Notes under the pieces: generated by a model | The model's database searches: none | What the model saw: the letters and a program-made list of their open reading frames with translations, nothing else | Told to the model about the DNA's origin: nothing | Assembly: GCA_038065475.1 (NCBI GenBank) | Contig: JBBTQY010000010.1 | Coordinates: 72,415 to 134,491, forward strand | Direction: 5' to 3' | Length of the DNA: 62,077 nt | From: Patescibacteria group bacterium | GTDB taxonomy: Bacteria; Patescibacteriota; Minisyncoccia; Ryanbacterales; GWA2-47-10b | In this document: one piece after another, positions 29,490-37,978 of the stretch | How positions within the stretch are numbered: position 1 is the stretch's first letter | Layout: every line of letters starts with the position of its first letter | Program-made: the position numbers and the translations under genes

Positions 29490-30629
29490 ATGCAAAAGCC
29501 TGATCACGTTGTTTTGTATCGCAAATACCGCCCGCAGCGGTTCTCGGATGTCGTCGGGCAAGATCATATAGTAGATGTACTCAAAAACGCGTTGCGACTC
29601 GAGCGCGTCTCGCACTCATATATTTTTTCGGGTACGCGCGGTACTGGCAAGACGACGCTCGCGCGTTTACTTGCCAAGGCATTCAATTGTGAGAAGCGTG
29701 GCAAGGACGGCGAGCCGTGCAATGCATGTGATACGTGCCGCGAATTTTCAGCGGGCAAAGCATTTGATTTGGTAGAGATTGATGCGGCATCCAACCGCGG
29801 TATTGATGATATCCGCGAGCTGCGCGAAGCTGTACGCTTCACCCCCATGCGTGCTCGGCGCAAAGTATATATCATCGATGAAGTACACATGCTCACCAAA
29901 GAAGCTTTCAATGCGCTTCTCAAAACGCTCGAAGAACCTCCAGCCCATGCGATGTTTATTATGGCGACAACCGAGCTCGATCGCGTACCCGATACTATTT
30001 TGTCACGCTCACAGAGCTTTGAATTTCGTAGAATTGCCGAGCCCGTCATACGAAAAGAGCTTGAGCGTATTGCCAAGAGCGAAAAATATAAACTTGAGGG
30101 TGAGGGGATAACCATGCTGGCATTTTTGGCCGATGGTTCTATGCGTGATGGTGAGACCATGCTGGGGCAGGTGATGGATGCGTATCCAGAGGGTGCCGAC
30201 AAAGACGCACTCACAAAGCTTTTTGGTCTGCCAAAAATTGGACAGATTCATGAGCTGCTTGATGCCGCGTTGTGCCGCGAGCCGGTGCGTATACTCGATG
30301 CGTTGGGGCAGATTCGCAAAGATGGCATTGACCCCAAGCTGCTCTCGCGCATGTTGGTGCACGAAGCACGTGAACTTTTTGTCTCAGCGTATAACCCCAA
30401 AGATCTCGAACGTCTACAAAAAGAACTCTCAGAGACTCACGCGGCATTTTTTACCTCGCACCATGCTTTGCCTAAAAAAGAGATTGAGCAGCTTTTGGTA
30501 AAATTGTTAGAGGCTCACAATATTGGTTTTCGTGGCACGTTTCCTGATTTACCCCTCGAGCTCGCACTCTTGTCGCTCTCTGAACAAGAGCCCCAAAAAA
30601 CTCTCGAAAAACCAGCGTTTTTGAAGTAG
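29490..30629 (+). CDS. dnaX: DNA polymerase III subunit gamma/tau
   Basis: Walker A GTRGTGKTT, zinc module CEKRGKDGEPCNACDTC, DEVHML and the SRSQ sensor. Confidence 0.93.
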   Translation: MQKPDHVVLYRKYRPQRFSDVVGQDHIVDVLKNALRLERVSHSYIFSGTRGTGKTTLARLLAKAFNCEKRGKDGEPCNACDTCREFSAGKAFDLVEIDAASNRGIDDIRELREAVRFTPMRARRKVYIIDEVHMLTKEAFNALLKTLEEPPAHAMFIMATTELDRVPDTILSRSQSFEFRRIAEPVIRKELERIAKSEKYKLEGEGITMLAFLADGSMRDGETMLGQVMDAYPEGADKDALTKLFGLPKIGQIHELLDAALCREPVRILDALGQIRKDGIDPKLLSRMLVHEARELFVSAYNPKDLERLQKELSETHAAFFTSHHALPKKEIEQLLVKLLEAHNIGFRGTFPDLPLELALLSLSEQEPQKTLEKPAFLK

Positions 30630-30644
30630 ATCTCTAAACGAAGC

Positions 30645-31781
30645 TTATCGCCACTCGCGAGCGATGTTCCACTTGAGTCTGAGGGCGGCGCCCAATACGG
30701 CAAACAGTATGACGATCTGAATCAATTTTCCGACAAACGGGATGGCACCCACGGCAGTGTAGACGACAACGCCGAGCAAGATTGTTTTCCATGACGTATG
30801 GTGGATTTCACGCTTGCGAATATATCGTGCGAGCATGCTACCTACAACGATAGGTGAGAGTATCCACATAAATATCATCACGATGACAAAGCTTAAGAGC
30901 CCTGTGATTCCAAGTGGGATGCCGATGATCGTAAACAAGATTGCAACCGATATGATGGGCATTAGGATGGCGATGACAAGTCCGCTGCCGATCTGGCGTA
31001 GCGGAGCACTGGCAACGCGTTTAATAATTTCATTTGCATAGCGGCGGAAGAAAAGACCCACCAACAGCGCCGAGGCAAGTAATGCAAAGAATTTACCTAT
31101 AAACCACGCAGATGCGAAGGCAAGCCACAGTTCCTTCTTGTCGGCTCGTTGTGTAAATCGTACTTCTCCGGCAACTTCCGCCCCTGTTTCGCGGACGAGT
31201 TCTCGAGCCCCGTGATAGTCAAGGGAACCAGTGATTCTCGCAGCACTGCCGAGTGTGAGACGGTCTGCCTCAATTTTTACATTGCCGCCAATTGGTGCGT
31301 TGATGTATATTTCACCTCCACCCACATAGACATTACCAGTAACGGGGGCATCGATGCGTACCATGCCACCTCCCACAACTACATCACCACCTACACGTGA
31401 ACCGCCGATATGTACCTGTCCACCGCCCACAAAAAGGTCTCCTCCTACTGATCCTTGAAATGTTATGTTGCCGCCGCCGATTCTGGCATCATCAGCGATG
31501 TTTGAGATGATAGTAATATTGCCGCCGCCTACGGTAAGATCGGCATCGACATTGCCACTTACAACAACACTACCGCCTGCAGCAAAAAGATCGCCGTGTA
31601 CGGTGCCTATGCTTGCCACACTACCGCCGGCGATATACATATCGCCATTAATACTTTCGTTGGCCTGGATTGATGGTTGGTCCCCGCTGCGGAATTCCGC
31701 CGCGAGCGTCATGAGGGGTACCGTGAGTATGCCAATGACCCCAAGCGTAAGAAGCTTTTTAGAAAGAGTAAAGGTTTTCAT
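30645..31781 (-). CDS. Secreted beta-helix-repeat (bactofilin/polymer-forming-like) protein with a C-terminal polytopic membrane domain
   Basis: Signal peptide, iterated GG(N/S)(I/V)x repeats, then 4-5 TM helices. Confidence 0.62.
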   Translation of the reverse strand: MKTFTLSKKLLTLGVIGILTVPLMTLAAEFRSGDQPSIQANESINGDMYIAGGSVASIGTVHGDLFAAGGSVVVSGNVDADLTVGGGNITIISNIADDARIGGGNITFQGSVGGDLFVGGGQVHIGGSRVGGDVVVGGGMVRIDAPVTGNVYVGGGEIYINAPIGGNVKIEADRLTLGSAARITGSLDYHGARELVRETGAEVAGEVRFTQRADKKELWLAFASAWFIGKFFALLASALLVGLFFRRYANEIIKRVASAPLRQIGSGLVIAILMPIISVAILFTIIGIPLGITGLLSFVIVMIFMWILSPIVVGSMLARYIRKREIHHTSWKTILLGVVVYTAVGAIPFVGKLIQIVILFAVLGAALRLKWNIAREWR

Positions 31782-31895
31782 GCTTTCAGTATACCGTTCA
31801 TGTTCTTGCTTTTACAACGCCGTGGAGGGTGTGTCATTTTGCCCTTCCAACAGAGTATTTTCCCTGGTATAGTGATTAGCGTATCATCGCAGTAT

Positions 31896-31966
31896 TGGGG
31901 GATCGTCTAATGGTAGGACAGCGCCCTTTGGAGGCGTTTATCGGGGTTCGAATCCCTGTCCCCCAG
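31896..31966 (+). tRNA. tRNA-Gln (anticodon UUG)
   Basis: Hand-folded: acceptor TGGGGGA/TCCCCCA (U1:A72), discriminator G, anticodon stem GCGCC/GGCGT with loop CTTTGGA, T arm CGGGG-TTCGAAT-CCCTG. CCA is not encoded. Confidence 0.9.
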
Positions 31967-32125
31967 CTAACGAGAGTTTCAGTTAAAAATCAGTAGAGCC
32001 TCTATATTTCTCAACAACTTTTTAAGTTTTTTGGTTCGAGTCCTAGGTGGTTTGATGGTTTTAGGATTCGAACTTTAGTGACATATAAAGCGCAAGCGAT
32101 GAGCTGATGCAATAGAGGATCAGTG
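31967..32125 (+). repeat. R1 arm repeat (homologous to 33789-33935)
   Basis: Shared blocks are TCAGTrGAGC..CTATATTT, GAGTCCTArG..TTTTAGGATTCGAA and GACATATAArGCG..GATGCAAT. It includes a T-loop-like GGTTCGAGTCC. Confidence 0.7.
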
Positions 32126-32272
32126 AGGTTAGTAAAGATATTTTTTGTCGTAGATATTTTCTCGCTCGGAAGTTTTTTGTCTTCAATACTGAATGTGCTC
32201 AAGAGCTTGTAATTTATTGTCGAATTGTAATTCGAGCGGAACATAAACAGTTTTCGTTGATATTCGGGCATA

Positions 32273-32301
32273 TTGACATTTATATATTTTTGTATTATAA
32301 T
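32273..32301 (+). promoter_or_regulatory. Perfect consensus sigma70 promoter (TTGACA - 17 nt - TATAAT)
   Basis: TTGACATTTATATATTTTTGTATTATAAT, 66 nt upstream of the ATG at 32367. Confidence 0.75.
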
Positions 32302-32366
32302 CGTTTCAGAAAAAATTGGGGAATCCTCCCCGTAGGAAGCTTGAAAATCTAACTGAGGAGATTCGG

Positions 32367-33551
32367 ATGAATTTGTTGTCGCTCGTATTCGTGGCGGTCC
32401 TTGCTCTTTCCGGTTCGACCCAGGCGAGTGCGGAAACCTCCGTGCCCACCCCAACCCCGATCGTCTCGCCGGCCCTAGACCCGGAGATGTGCGAAGGAGA
32501 GTTCGAAATCTTCTCGACTTTGCCGTTCATCGTCGACGAAGGATCAGATCCCGATGGAGATCTCGATCCGACCATCGGCAATACTCTGACGTGGAAGGAT
32601 GGCGGCTTCACAATCGCCATTCCTTGCGGAGAACTCGAGGGCGTGGAGTTCATCGTCCTGACAAACTCCGGTACCCATACCTTGCGCCTCAAGCCCGGCA
32701 AGACTCCGAAGAAGACCGGACGAATCAACCTCATCTCCGGTGATACTGCGGAGGCGCTCTTCGAGGCAAAGATCACTAACACCCGATTCGGCCAAAACGT
32801 CATCGTCGAGGCTGATGTGTTCCCCTCAGAGGTCAACCCAAACTCCGAGGTCCAGGTGCTTCACGCTCCTTACACGGCGAGTGGTCACAAGATTGCCACG
32901 ATCGCAGATCTCATGAAGATCAAGGGGTCGACCTGGCACGTCACGATGAATGATGTCGATGTGCTGTTCGCCGATCTTGCTCCCGGCGTCCTGGTTCCCG
33001 AGCGGCAAGATGTTCCTAGCGAGCTTCTCAAGGGGGCAACCATCGACGGATTCATCGATGGCCTTCGATTCGTCGATTCACTGGCGACAATCGTCGACAT
33101 GCTCGAGAGCAACTCCAGCATCTCTCTCGACACGCTCATGAATCTGAGCGTGCGGTTCCATGACTGGTATCTCGCCTTCGAGGTTGAATCACAACCGGCG
33201 CAAGAAGTCTTCGTGAAGGCAAACATCCAGCGCGCCGCCATCCTGTTCGCGCAAGTCGTCCCGGATTCAGTTACAGTCCAGTTCGTGACAACCGCTGGCA
33301 ACAAGGAGGCAGCATTGCAAAGTCTCCACCTCGGGTTCCTGCTCGATCAAAGATGGTACCTCGAGTGTGGGGAAGGCTGCCCTTACGCAGCTTTCTTCAC
33401 AGCGGATGGCAACATGAAGGAGGCAAAAGTTCGCGAGTCCCAGTGGTACGGTCGCCGCTGGGCAAAGGATGCCTGGGCGATGGACCTCATCGTCCCCGCG
33501 TTCCGTCGCGCGCTCCTCGAGCCACGACCTTTGCCGACTCCCAACAGCTAG
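32367..33551 (+). CDS. GC-rich secreted protein of unknown family
   Basis: The ATG at 32367 follows GAGGAG. Signal peptide MNLLSLVFVAVLALSGSTQASA. One sampled 60-nt line (32401-32460) is 39/60 G+C by hand count, against about 30/60 in rpoB. Confidence 0.75.
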   Translation: MNLLSLVFVAVLALSGSTQASAETSVPTPTPIVSPALDPEMCEGEFEIFSTLPFIVDEGSDPDGDLDPTIGNTLTWKDGGFTIAIPCGELEGVEFIVLTNSGTHTLRLKPGKTPKKTGRINLISGDTAEALFEAKITNTRFGQNVIVEADVFPSEVNPNSEVQVLHAPYTASGHKIATIADLMKIKGSTWHVTMNDVDVLFADLAPGVLVPERQDVPSELLKGATIDGFIDGLRFVDSLATIVDMLESNSSISLDTLMNLSVRFHDWYLAFEVESQPAQEVFVKANIQRAAILFAQVVPDSVTVQFVTTAGNKEAALQSLHLGFLLDQRWYLECGEGCPYAAFFTADGNMKEAKVRESQWYGRRWAKDAWAMDLIVPAFRRALLEPRPLPTPNS

Positions 33552-33586
33552 ATATCCTGACGGCAACGCCTGTCAGGTCGCACACT

Positions 33587-33627
33587 CCCCAGGAGTACCG
33601 CAAGGTGCTCCTGGGGAATTTTCTTTT
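33587..33627 (+). terminator. Strong intrinsic terminator of the element 1 gene
   Basis: CCCCAGGAG - 12-nt loop - CTCCTGGGG followed by AATTTTCTTTT. Confidence 0.8.
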
Positions 33628-33655
33628 CAGTATGAGTGCTCATTGAACCTAAAAA

Positions 33656-33788
33656 GGAATCTGTCGAGCTTGGCTCCAAACTTACTTGACCCTCCAAGGA
33701 TTCGAAGTCTCAAGCTGGTAATTCCGAGGGGAAAGACTATAATTCAAGCCAAAGATGGGTTGAGAGTTCGAATCTTACGCCATCAGCT
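33656..33788 (+). repeat. C1 arm repeat (133 nt) ending in a tRNA-Gln-like 3' end
   Basis: It aligns without gaps to 37697-37829, with 112/133 identical by hand count. The last 76 nt (33713-33788) have tRNA length and a 7-bp acceptor-like pairing, but no anticodon arm. Confidence 0.85.
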
Positions 33789-33935
33789 AAGGAAAGCTAG
33801 GTTCAGAGTCAGTGGAGCGCCTATATTTTAAGCCATTTTTTGGACATCGAATTTGAGTCCTAAGAGGTTGATGCTTTTAGGATTCGAAATTCAGCGACAT
33901 ATAAGGCGTAAATGATAAGCCGATGCAATGGAGAA
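33789..33935 (+). repeat. R2 arm repeat (homologous to R1)
   Basis: See R1. Here the repeat runs into the intact start codon of the 33928 gene. In R1 the corresponding ATG is ATA. Confidence 0.7.
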
Positions 33936-34479
33936 TCAAGAAAGACTTCAAGACTACGAATTAAGCGCTAATCAATGGCAGCGCTGGCTTTTCAGCGCTG
34001 AAAGTGTTCTGAAGGCATCATATTTTTTACAGAAGATACATGACGAAGCATTTGAGAAAATAAAATCTGCCGGGCCAGGAGGAGGGACTGCCCCGCATGG
34101 TTTTGGGTTAGACCAGCAATCTCGTTATTTTAAAGGCAAGTCGCTCGAGCTCTATCTAAAATGCCTATTTATTAAGTCCGGAAAACTTATAACAAATGGG
34201 AGGGGTACACTTACACTTAAAACGCATAACCTAGTAGATCTTGCATCGAAAGTTTCATTTAAGCTTTCTTTGGAAGAAACAAATACATTGAATAAACTGA
34301 GCGACGCGGTAACTTTTTGGGGCACTTACCCAGTTCCTCTAAAGCATAAAAAATGGAGGCAAAATGTTCCGGGAATGGGAGGCATACAACCCGTGTATGT
34401 TTGGAGTGAAGCTGATGAGAATAACTTTTCTGCAGTTTTAGAGAGGGTGCAGAGGCTTGTCGGCCCTCTTACTTTTTAA
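33928..34479 (+). CDS. Alpha-helical protein, possibly HEPN/AbiV-like (tentative)
   Basis: 183 aa, low G+C. The pattern GKSLELYLKCLF...LKTHNLVDLASK resembles AbiV-type HEPN helices. The call rests on motif resemblance only. Confidence 0.6.
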   Translation: MENQERLQDYELSANQWQRWLFSAESVLKASYFLQKIHDEAFEKIKSAGPGGGTAPHGFGLDQQSRYFKGKSLELYLKCLFIKSGKLITNGRGTLTLKTHNLVDLASKVSFKLSLEETNTLNKLSDAVTFWGTYPVPLKHKKWRQNVPGMGGIQPVYVWSEADENNFSAVLERVQRLVGPLTF

Positions 34480-34638
34480 GTACCCCAATTATTTTTTTTA
34501 CTCGAATATCAATCTGGTTTAATGATTTTTGAGTTTAAATAAGTTAAAATTTTAAAGCGTGACGAATAAGCGTTATGCGATCAGTATGGGCAATCGGGCC
34601 CGCAGTTCTTTGACAATTAGTTGGTGAAGGGGACGAAG

Positions 34639-36234
34639 ATGAGAAGGCTTTTTGTATTGATCGGAATCTTGCTCGGGCTATTGAACACTAGCGCTCAGGC
34701 AAGTCAGTACATCTACCGAGAAGACTGGGAAAGCGGGTATACCGATTGGTCGTGGGCTTCGGTCAACTGCGCGAGCACTACGTATGTCTACGCAGGAACC
34801 AAGGCATGCCGCATCCACTACAATACGGCATGGCAAGGGTTCTTCGCTGGTCACTACATACCCACGCCTACCAACGGCTATGATTCTGTGACGTTCGCAA
34901 TCACAGCTGAGGGATCGTCGGTGAATGCCAGTACAATCATCCTGAAGTTTAAGGATGAGAGTCAGAACGACATCGGGAACGGAATATCCCTCTATTCCTA
35001 TGTCCCGTACAGCCCTTCGCAGGGCGGTCCCTATATCAATCCAGGAACATGGCGGGTGGTATCAGTGCCGCTCCAATGGCTTGGTGCCGTGAATCGTAAC
35101 ATTGGCGGACTCATGATCATGAGTTTCGTTGCGAATACCACGGTCCACATCGACAATCTCAAGCTGACGCATTCGGGCATCGGCATCCAGGGGACTTTCT
35201 ATTCCGATGGGCCCGGTCTTTCGGTCATTAATGAGTCTTGGCTCTCGACGAACGATGCATATCTTGGGGCACCACCGTTCTCAAGTAGCGATATCGTTCA
35301 CCAAGGAGCTCAAGTATTCCAAGCCGAATTTCTGGACCAGTACCAGAATGTGAAGCTACGGAGCACTACTGGTATCAACACGGGGGACAAAGAGTTTCTG
35401 ACATTTTGGGTACGAAGCTCGAATGGAGGAAACCTCCAATACCTTCAAGCGAGACTCTACGGTCTCTACAACACTCCCATCAATGGGCCGCTGTCTCTTG
35501 GCGATTATCTACTGAGTTCGCCGAGTAACGCGTGGATTCCGATCGTCATCCCGTTGGAGGATTTCTTTGACGGAGGTCAGTGGGTACCGGTTGAGTCGGT
35601 TTCTATCATCAGCAGTATCTCAAATCTCGGCATGGTCTACTTCGATGACATCGCGATCGCGAAGAAGGTATTCCGTATGCCGGTACCATCAGGGAAGCGC
35701 TGGCAGCTCACGATGTCTCCGGGTAACAGGCAGACAGAGTGTGAATATGATGCTGGGGCAGATCAGTCACACACCGATCCACCAACAAGTACTCTCTACA
35801 ACTACCATTCCTTCGATATCAATGACTACACCCTTGAGAATACCAACGAGTACAATGTTCCCGTATCCGCGGTTGGAGACGGGACAGTCGTTGAAGGGTG
35901 CTGGTCTCAATTTTGCCCCGCCTTCAGCAACAACGGTTACTATGTTGCCATCAACCATGGCGATGGGTATCAAAGTCGCTACCTACATTTCGCTGGGCCG
36001 CCATCTGTTTCTCTGAATCAATCAGTTGTTGTAGGCCAACAAATTGGTGTCCTAGGAGGGACGGGGTACGTGATTGGCGGACCCCACCTTCACATTGGAT
36101 TCCGATACAACGGCTCCGGAGGGCAGAGCGTCTCTCAGCTAGACTTGATACGAGTAGAGGGTCTTCCAATCAAGTCCTTCACGACGGAATGTGCTCCGAG
36201 TAGGTACTACTCTTCCTCGCCATACTGGTGGTAG
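34639..36234 (+). CDS. Secreted M23 (LytM-type) metallopeptidase with a long N-terminal beta-rich (CBM-like) region
   Basis: Signal peptide MRRLFVLIGILLGLLNTSAQA. M23 motifs are HSFDIND (HxxxD), YYVAINHGDGYQSRYLH and GGPHLHIGF (HxH). Confidence 0.87.
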   Translation: MRRLFVLIGILLGLLNTSAQASQYIYREDWESGYTDWSWASVNCASTTYVYAGTKACRIHYNTAWQGFFAGHYIPTPTNGYDSVTFAITAEGSSVNASTIILKFKDESQNDIGNGISLYSYVPYSPSQGGPYINPGTWRVVSVPLQWLGAVNRNIGGLMIMSFVANTTVHIDNLKLTHSGIGIQGTFYSDGPGLSVINESWLSTNDAYLGAPPFSSSDIVHQGAQVFQAEFLDQYQNVKLRSTTGINTGDKEFLTFWVRSSNGGNLQYLQARLYGLYNTPINGPLSLGDYLLSSPSNAWIPIVIPLEDFFDGGQWVPVESVSIISSISNLGMVYFDDIAIAKKVFRMPVPSGKRWQLTMSPGNRQTECEYDAGADQSHTDPPTSTLYNYHSFDINDYTLENTNEYNVPVSAVGDGTVVEGCWSQFCPAFSNNGYYVAINHGDGYQSRYLHFAGPPSVSLNQSVVVGQQIGVLGGTGYVIGGPHLHIGFRYNGSGGQSVSQLDLIRVEGLPIKSFTTECAPSRYYSSSPYWW

Positions 36235-36257
36235 GTTGAGCGAGTTCATGAATCACA

Positions 36258-36297
36258 GCGAGACGGGGGAAAGCCTCCGTCTCGCCATTTTATTTAT
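36258..36297 (+). terminator. Intrinsic terminator
   Basis: GCGAGACGGGGG-AAAG-CCTCCGTCTCGC followed by CATTTTATTT. Confidence 0.8.
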
Positions 36298-36400
36298 ACG
36301 GATTTTGTGATATAACCAAGGGGATGAATTGGTAAGAGGGCACGGAGAAAAAGCGGAGCTGGAAGCTTCCAAATCTAGGTCAGCTAACAATTACAAACAC

Positions 36401-37687
36401 ATGAAAGGCAAATATTACAATATAGTTGGCATAGCAGCCGTATTTATTGTTGCGGTAGCTGCTTTCTATGCTTTTACTTCAAAGAATGATGCGGCGATAA
36501 AAGAGGATGTCACAAAAAATGATGTTGAAGTGATAAAAAGCCTTGTAATAGATTTTGGTAAAAAAATGCAAATGGTCCCTCTCGCAAGCTCTCCGGAGAT
36601 AGTTCAGAAGGCAGTAAAAGAAAACTACGGACCTTTCGTGGGGGGCGATCTCTTGGCTGTATGGGAACATATTCCCTCAACGATACCTGGTAGAACGGCT
36701 TCCAGTCCTTGGCCTGACCGTATTGAAATCGACTCAGTCACGCAAAGACTAAAACATCTCTACACTGTAAAAGGCAGAGTGATTGAAATAACAAGCAAAG
36801 AGGTTGCCAGTGGGGGTATTGCTTCTTCATATCCAGTAACTATACAGGTGGCACGGCGTGGCGATTGGGTCATCACTGGTTTCATCAAGGGATATTACTT
36901 GGAAGGCGCTCGAGATATTTCCATAGATAGCGTGGTCGCTTGTTTACCCCATAAAGGAGATGATTCTAAGACATTAGAATGCGCAATTGGCGCAAAAGGA
37001 GATGACGGACTTTACTATTCGCTTGATACAACTGAGGTTGTCACCCCCGTTTTTCAAAATATTCCCATAGGAAATCGTGTCGCGATTGAGGGCAAGCTCA
37101 TACCTATCGAGACTCTAAGTAGCGATCATTGGTACCAGTACGATATTAAGGGTATTATCCGTGCGAAAAAAATCATTGATTTTGACAATATAACTTGGCG
37201 TACTTACCAAAACGCGGAGGTTGGGTTATCACTTTCTTATCCGCAAGAGCTTATGAGCGGTGAATTCAGGATCACTACAGGAGAGACGGGTCGAATTTTT
37301 AGTGGAGGTCTCAATTTTTCTTATTCTCAATACCACCTTGCAGCAATTACGGAAGATTATTCTGTCTCCAAAGGTGGAAGCTGGGTAGTGGGACTTGGTT
37401 ATACAGAGAGAGAAGGTAAATACTTTCTTGTAAATAAAAAAGGGGAGGGGTACGAGGTAAAACCAAGTGAATTTTGGCCCACAAACAAAGGGCTTGGAAA
37501 AGCGCTTGTATTATACAGCAGCGACTTTCCTCCAGGGGAAGGGGATGGATATTATGCTCCTTCAATCTTAGTTGTTGTGAATCTGCCAGGCGATTTCCCC
37601 GGATTACGGATTGAAGGTAGGGGAGAAAAGGTGTCTGATTTTGACGTACAAACTTTAAAGAAATTAGTAGGTTCCATTACCTTCTAG
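36401..37687 (+). CDS. Membrane-anchored protein of unknown function
   Basis: The probable start is MKGKYYNIVGIAAVFIVAVAAFYAF (TM anchor). About 400 aa of extracytoplasmic sequence follows. Low G+C. Confidence 0.68.
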   Translation: MKGKYYNIVGIAAVFIVAVAAFYAFTSKNDAAIKEDVTKNDVEVIKSLVIDFGKKMQMVPLASSPEIVQKAVKENYGPFVGGDLLAVWEHIPSTIPGRTASSPWPDRIEIDSVTQRLKHLYTVKGRVIEITSKEVASGGIASSYPVTIQVARRGDWVITGFIKGYYLEGARDISIDSVVACLPHKGDDSKTLECAIGAKGDDGLYYSLDTTEVVTPVFQNIPIGNRVAIEGKLIPIETLSSDHWYQYDIKGIIRAKKIIDFDNITWRTYQNAEVGLSLSYPQELMSGEFRITTGETGRIFSGGLNFSYSQYHLAAITEDYSVSKGGSWVVGLGYTEREGKYFLVNKKGEGYEVKPSEFWPTNKGLGKALVLYSSDFPPGEGDGYYAPSILVVVNLPGDFPGLRIEGRGEKVSDFDVQTLKKLVGSITF

Positions 37688-37696
37688 GGTACTGCA

Positions 37697-37829
37697 GGAG
37701 TCTGTTGAGCTCGGCTCCGAACTCACCTGACCCTCCAAGGACTCGGACCAGCAAGCTGGTAATTCCGAGGGGAAAGACCATAATTCAAGCCAAAGATGGT
37801 CTGGGAGTCCGAATCTCACTCTATCAGCC
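37697..37829 (+). repeat. C2 arm repeat (133 nt), second copy of C1
   Basis: It starts 10 nt after the stop of the 36401 gene and ends in CTATCAGCC (tRNA-Gln-like 3' end). Confidence 0.85.
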
Positions 37830-37978
37830 AACTTGAGACAAGTTCGGTATCTGAGGAGTATAATTTAAAATCAATATGGCAGGAAAAAAGAAGCAACCGG
37901 AAGAGGTAAAATAGCTCTTATTCCTAAACCTATTTTATGGTAATCTTTCTTTATAAATAACCGTAGGAGGTAAACGCA

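Larger units (their letters stand above)
31967..33788. mobile_element. Element 1 at tRNA-Gln: 1.8-kb integrase-less single-gene cassette (R arm ... C arm)
   Basis: The left end is repeat R1 and the right end is repeat C1, which ends in a copy of the tRNA-Gln 3' end. The interior holds one consensus promoter, one GC-rich gene and one terminator. Confidence 0.5.
33789..37829. mobile_element. Element 2 at tRNA-Gln: 4-kb integrase-less island (R arm ... C arm)
   Basis: Bounded by R2 and C2, the same arm pair as element 1. It carries three + strand genes. Confidence 0.5.

Noticed and set aside
32011-32836. Minus-strand ORFs 32011-32454 and 32306-32836 at the start of element 1.
   Set aside because: The first spans the R1 repeat (non-coding in the R2 copy) and the + strand consensus promoter. 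The second is antisense to the GC-rich secreted-protein gene.
33713-33788. The 76-nt tRNA-length segment in repeat C1 (and its twin at 37754-37829), considered as a functional tRNA gene.
   Set aside because: It has an acceptor-like pairing and a T-loop-like sequence, but no D or anticodon stems can be drawn and the T stem has a mismatch. I treat it as a tRNA-derived att remnant.
37876-37914. A tiny ORF, MAGKKKQPEEVK, in the left flank of island 3.
   Set aside because: It is 12 aa with no RBS and lies in a repeat-derived flank. There is no evidence of coding.
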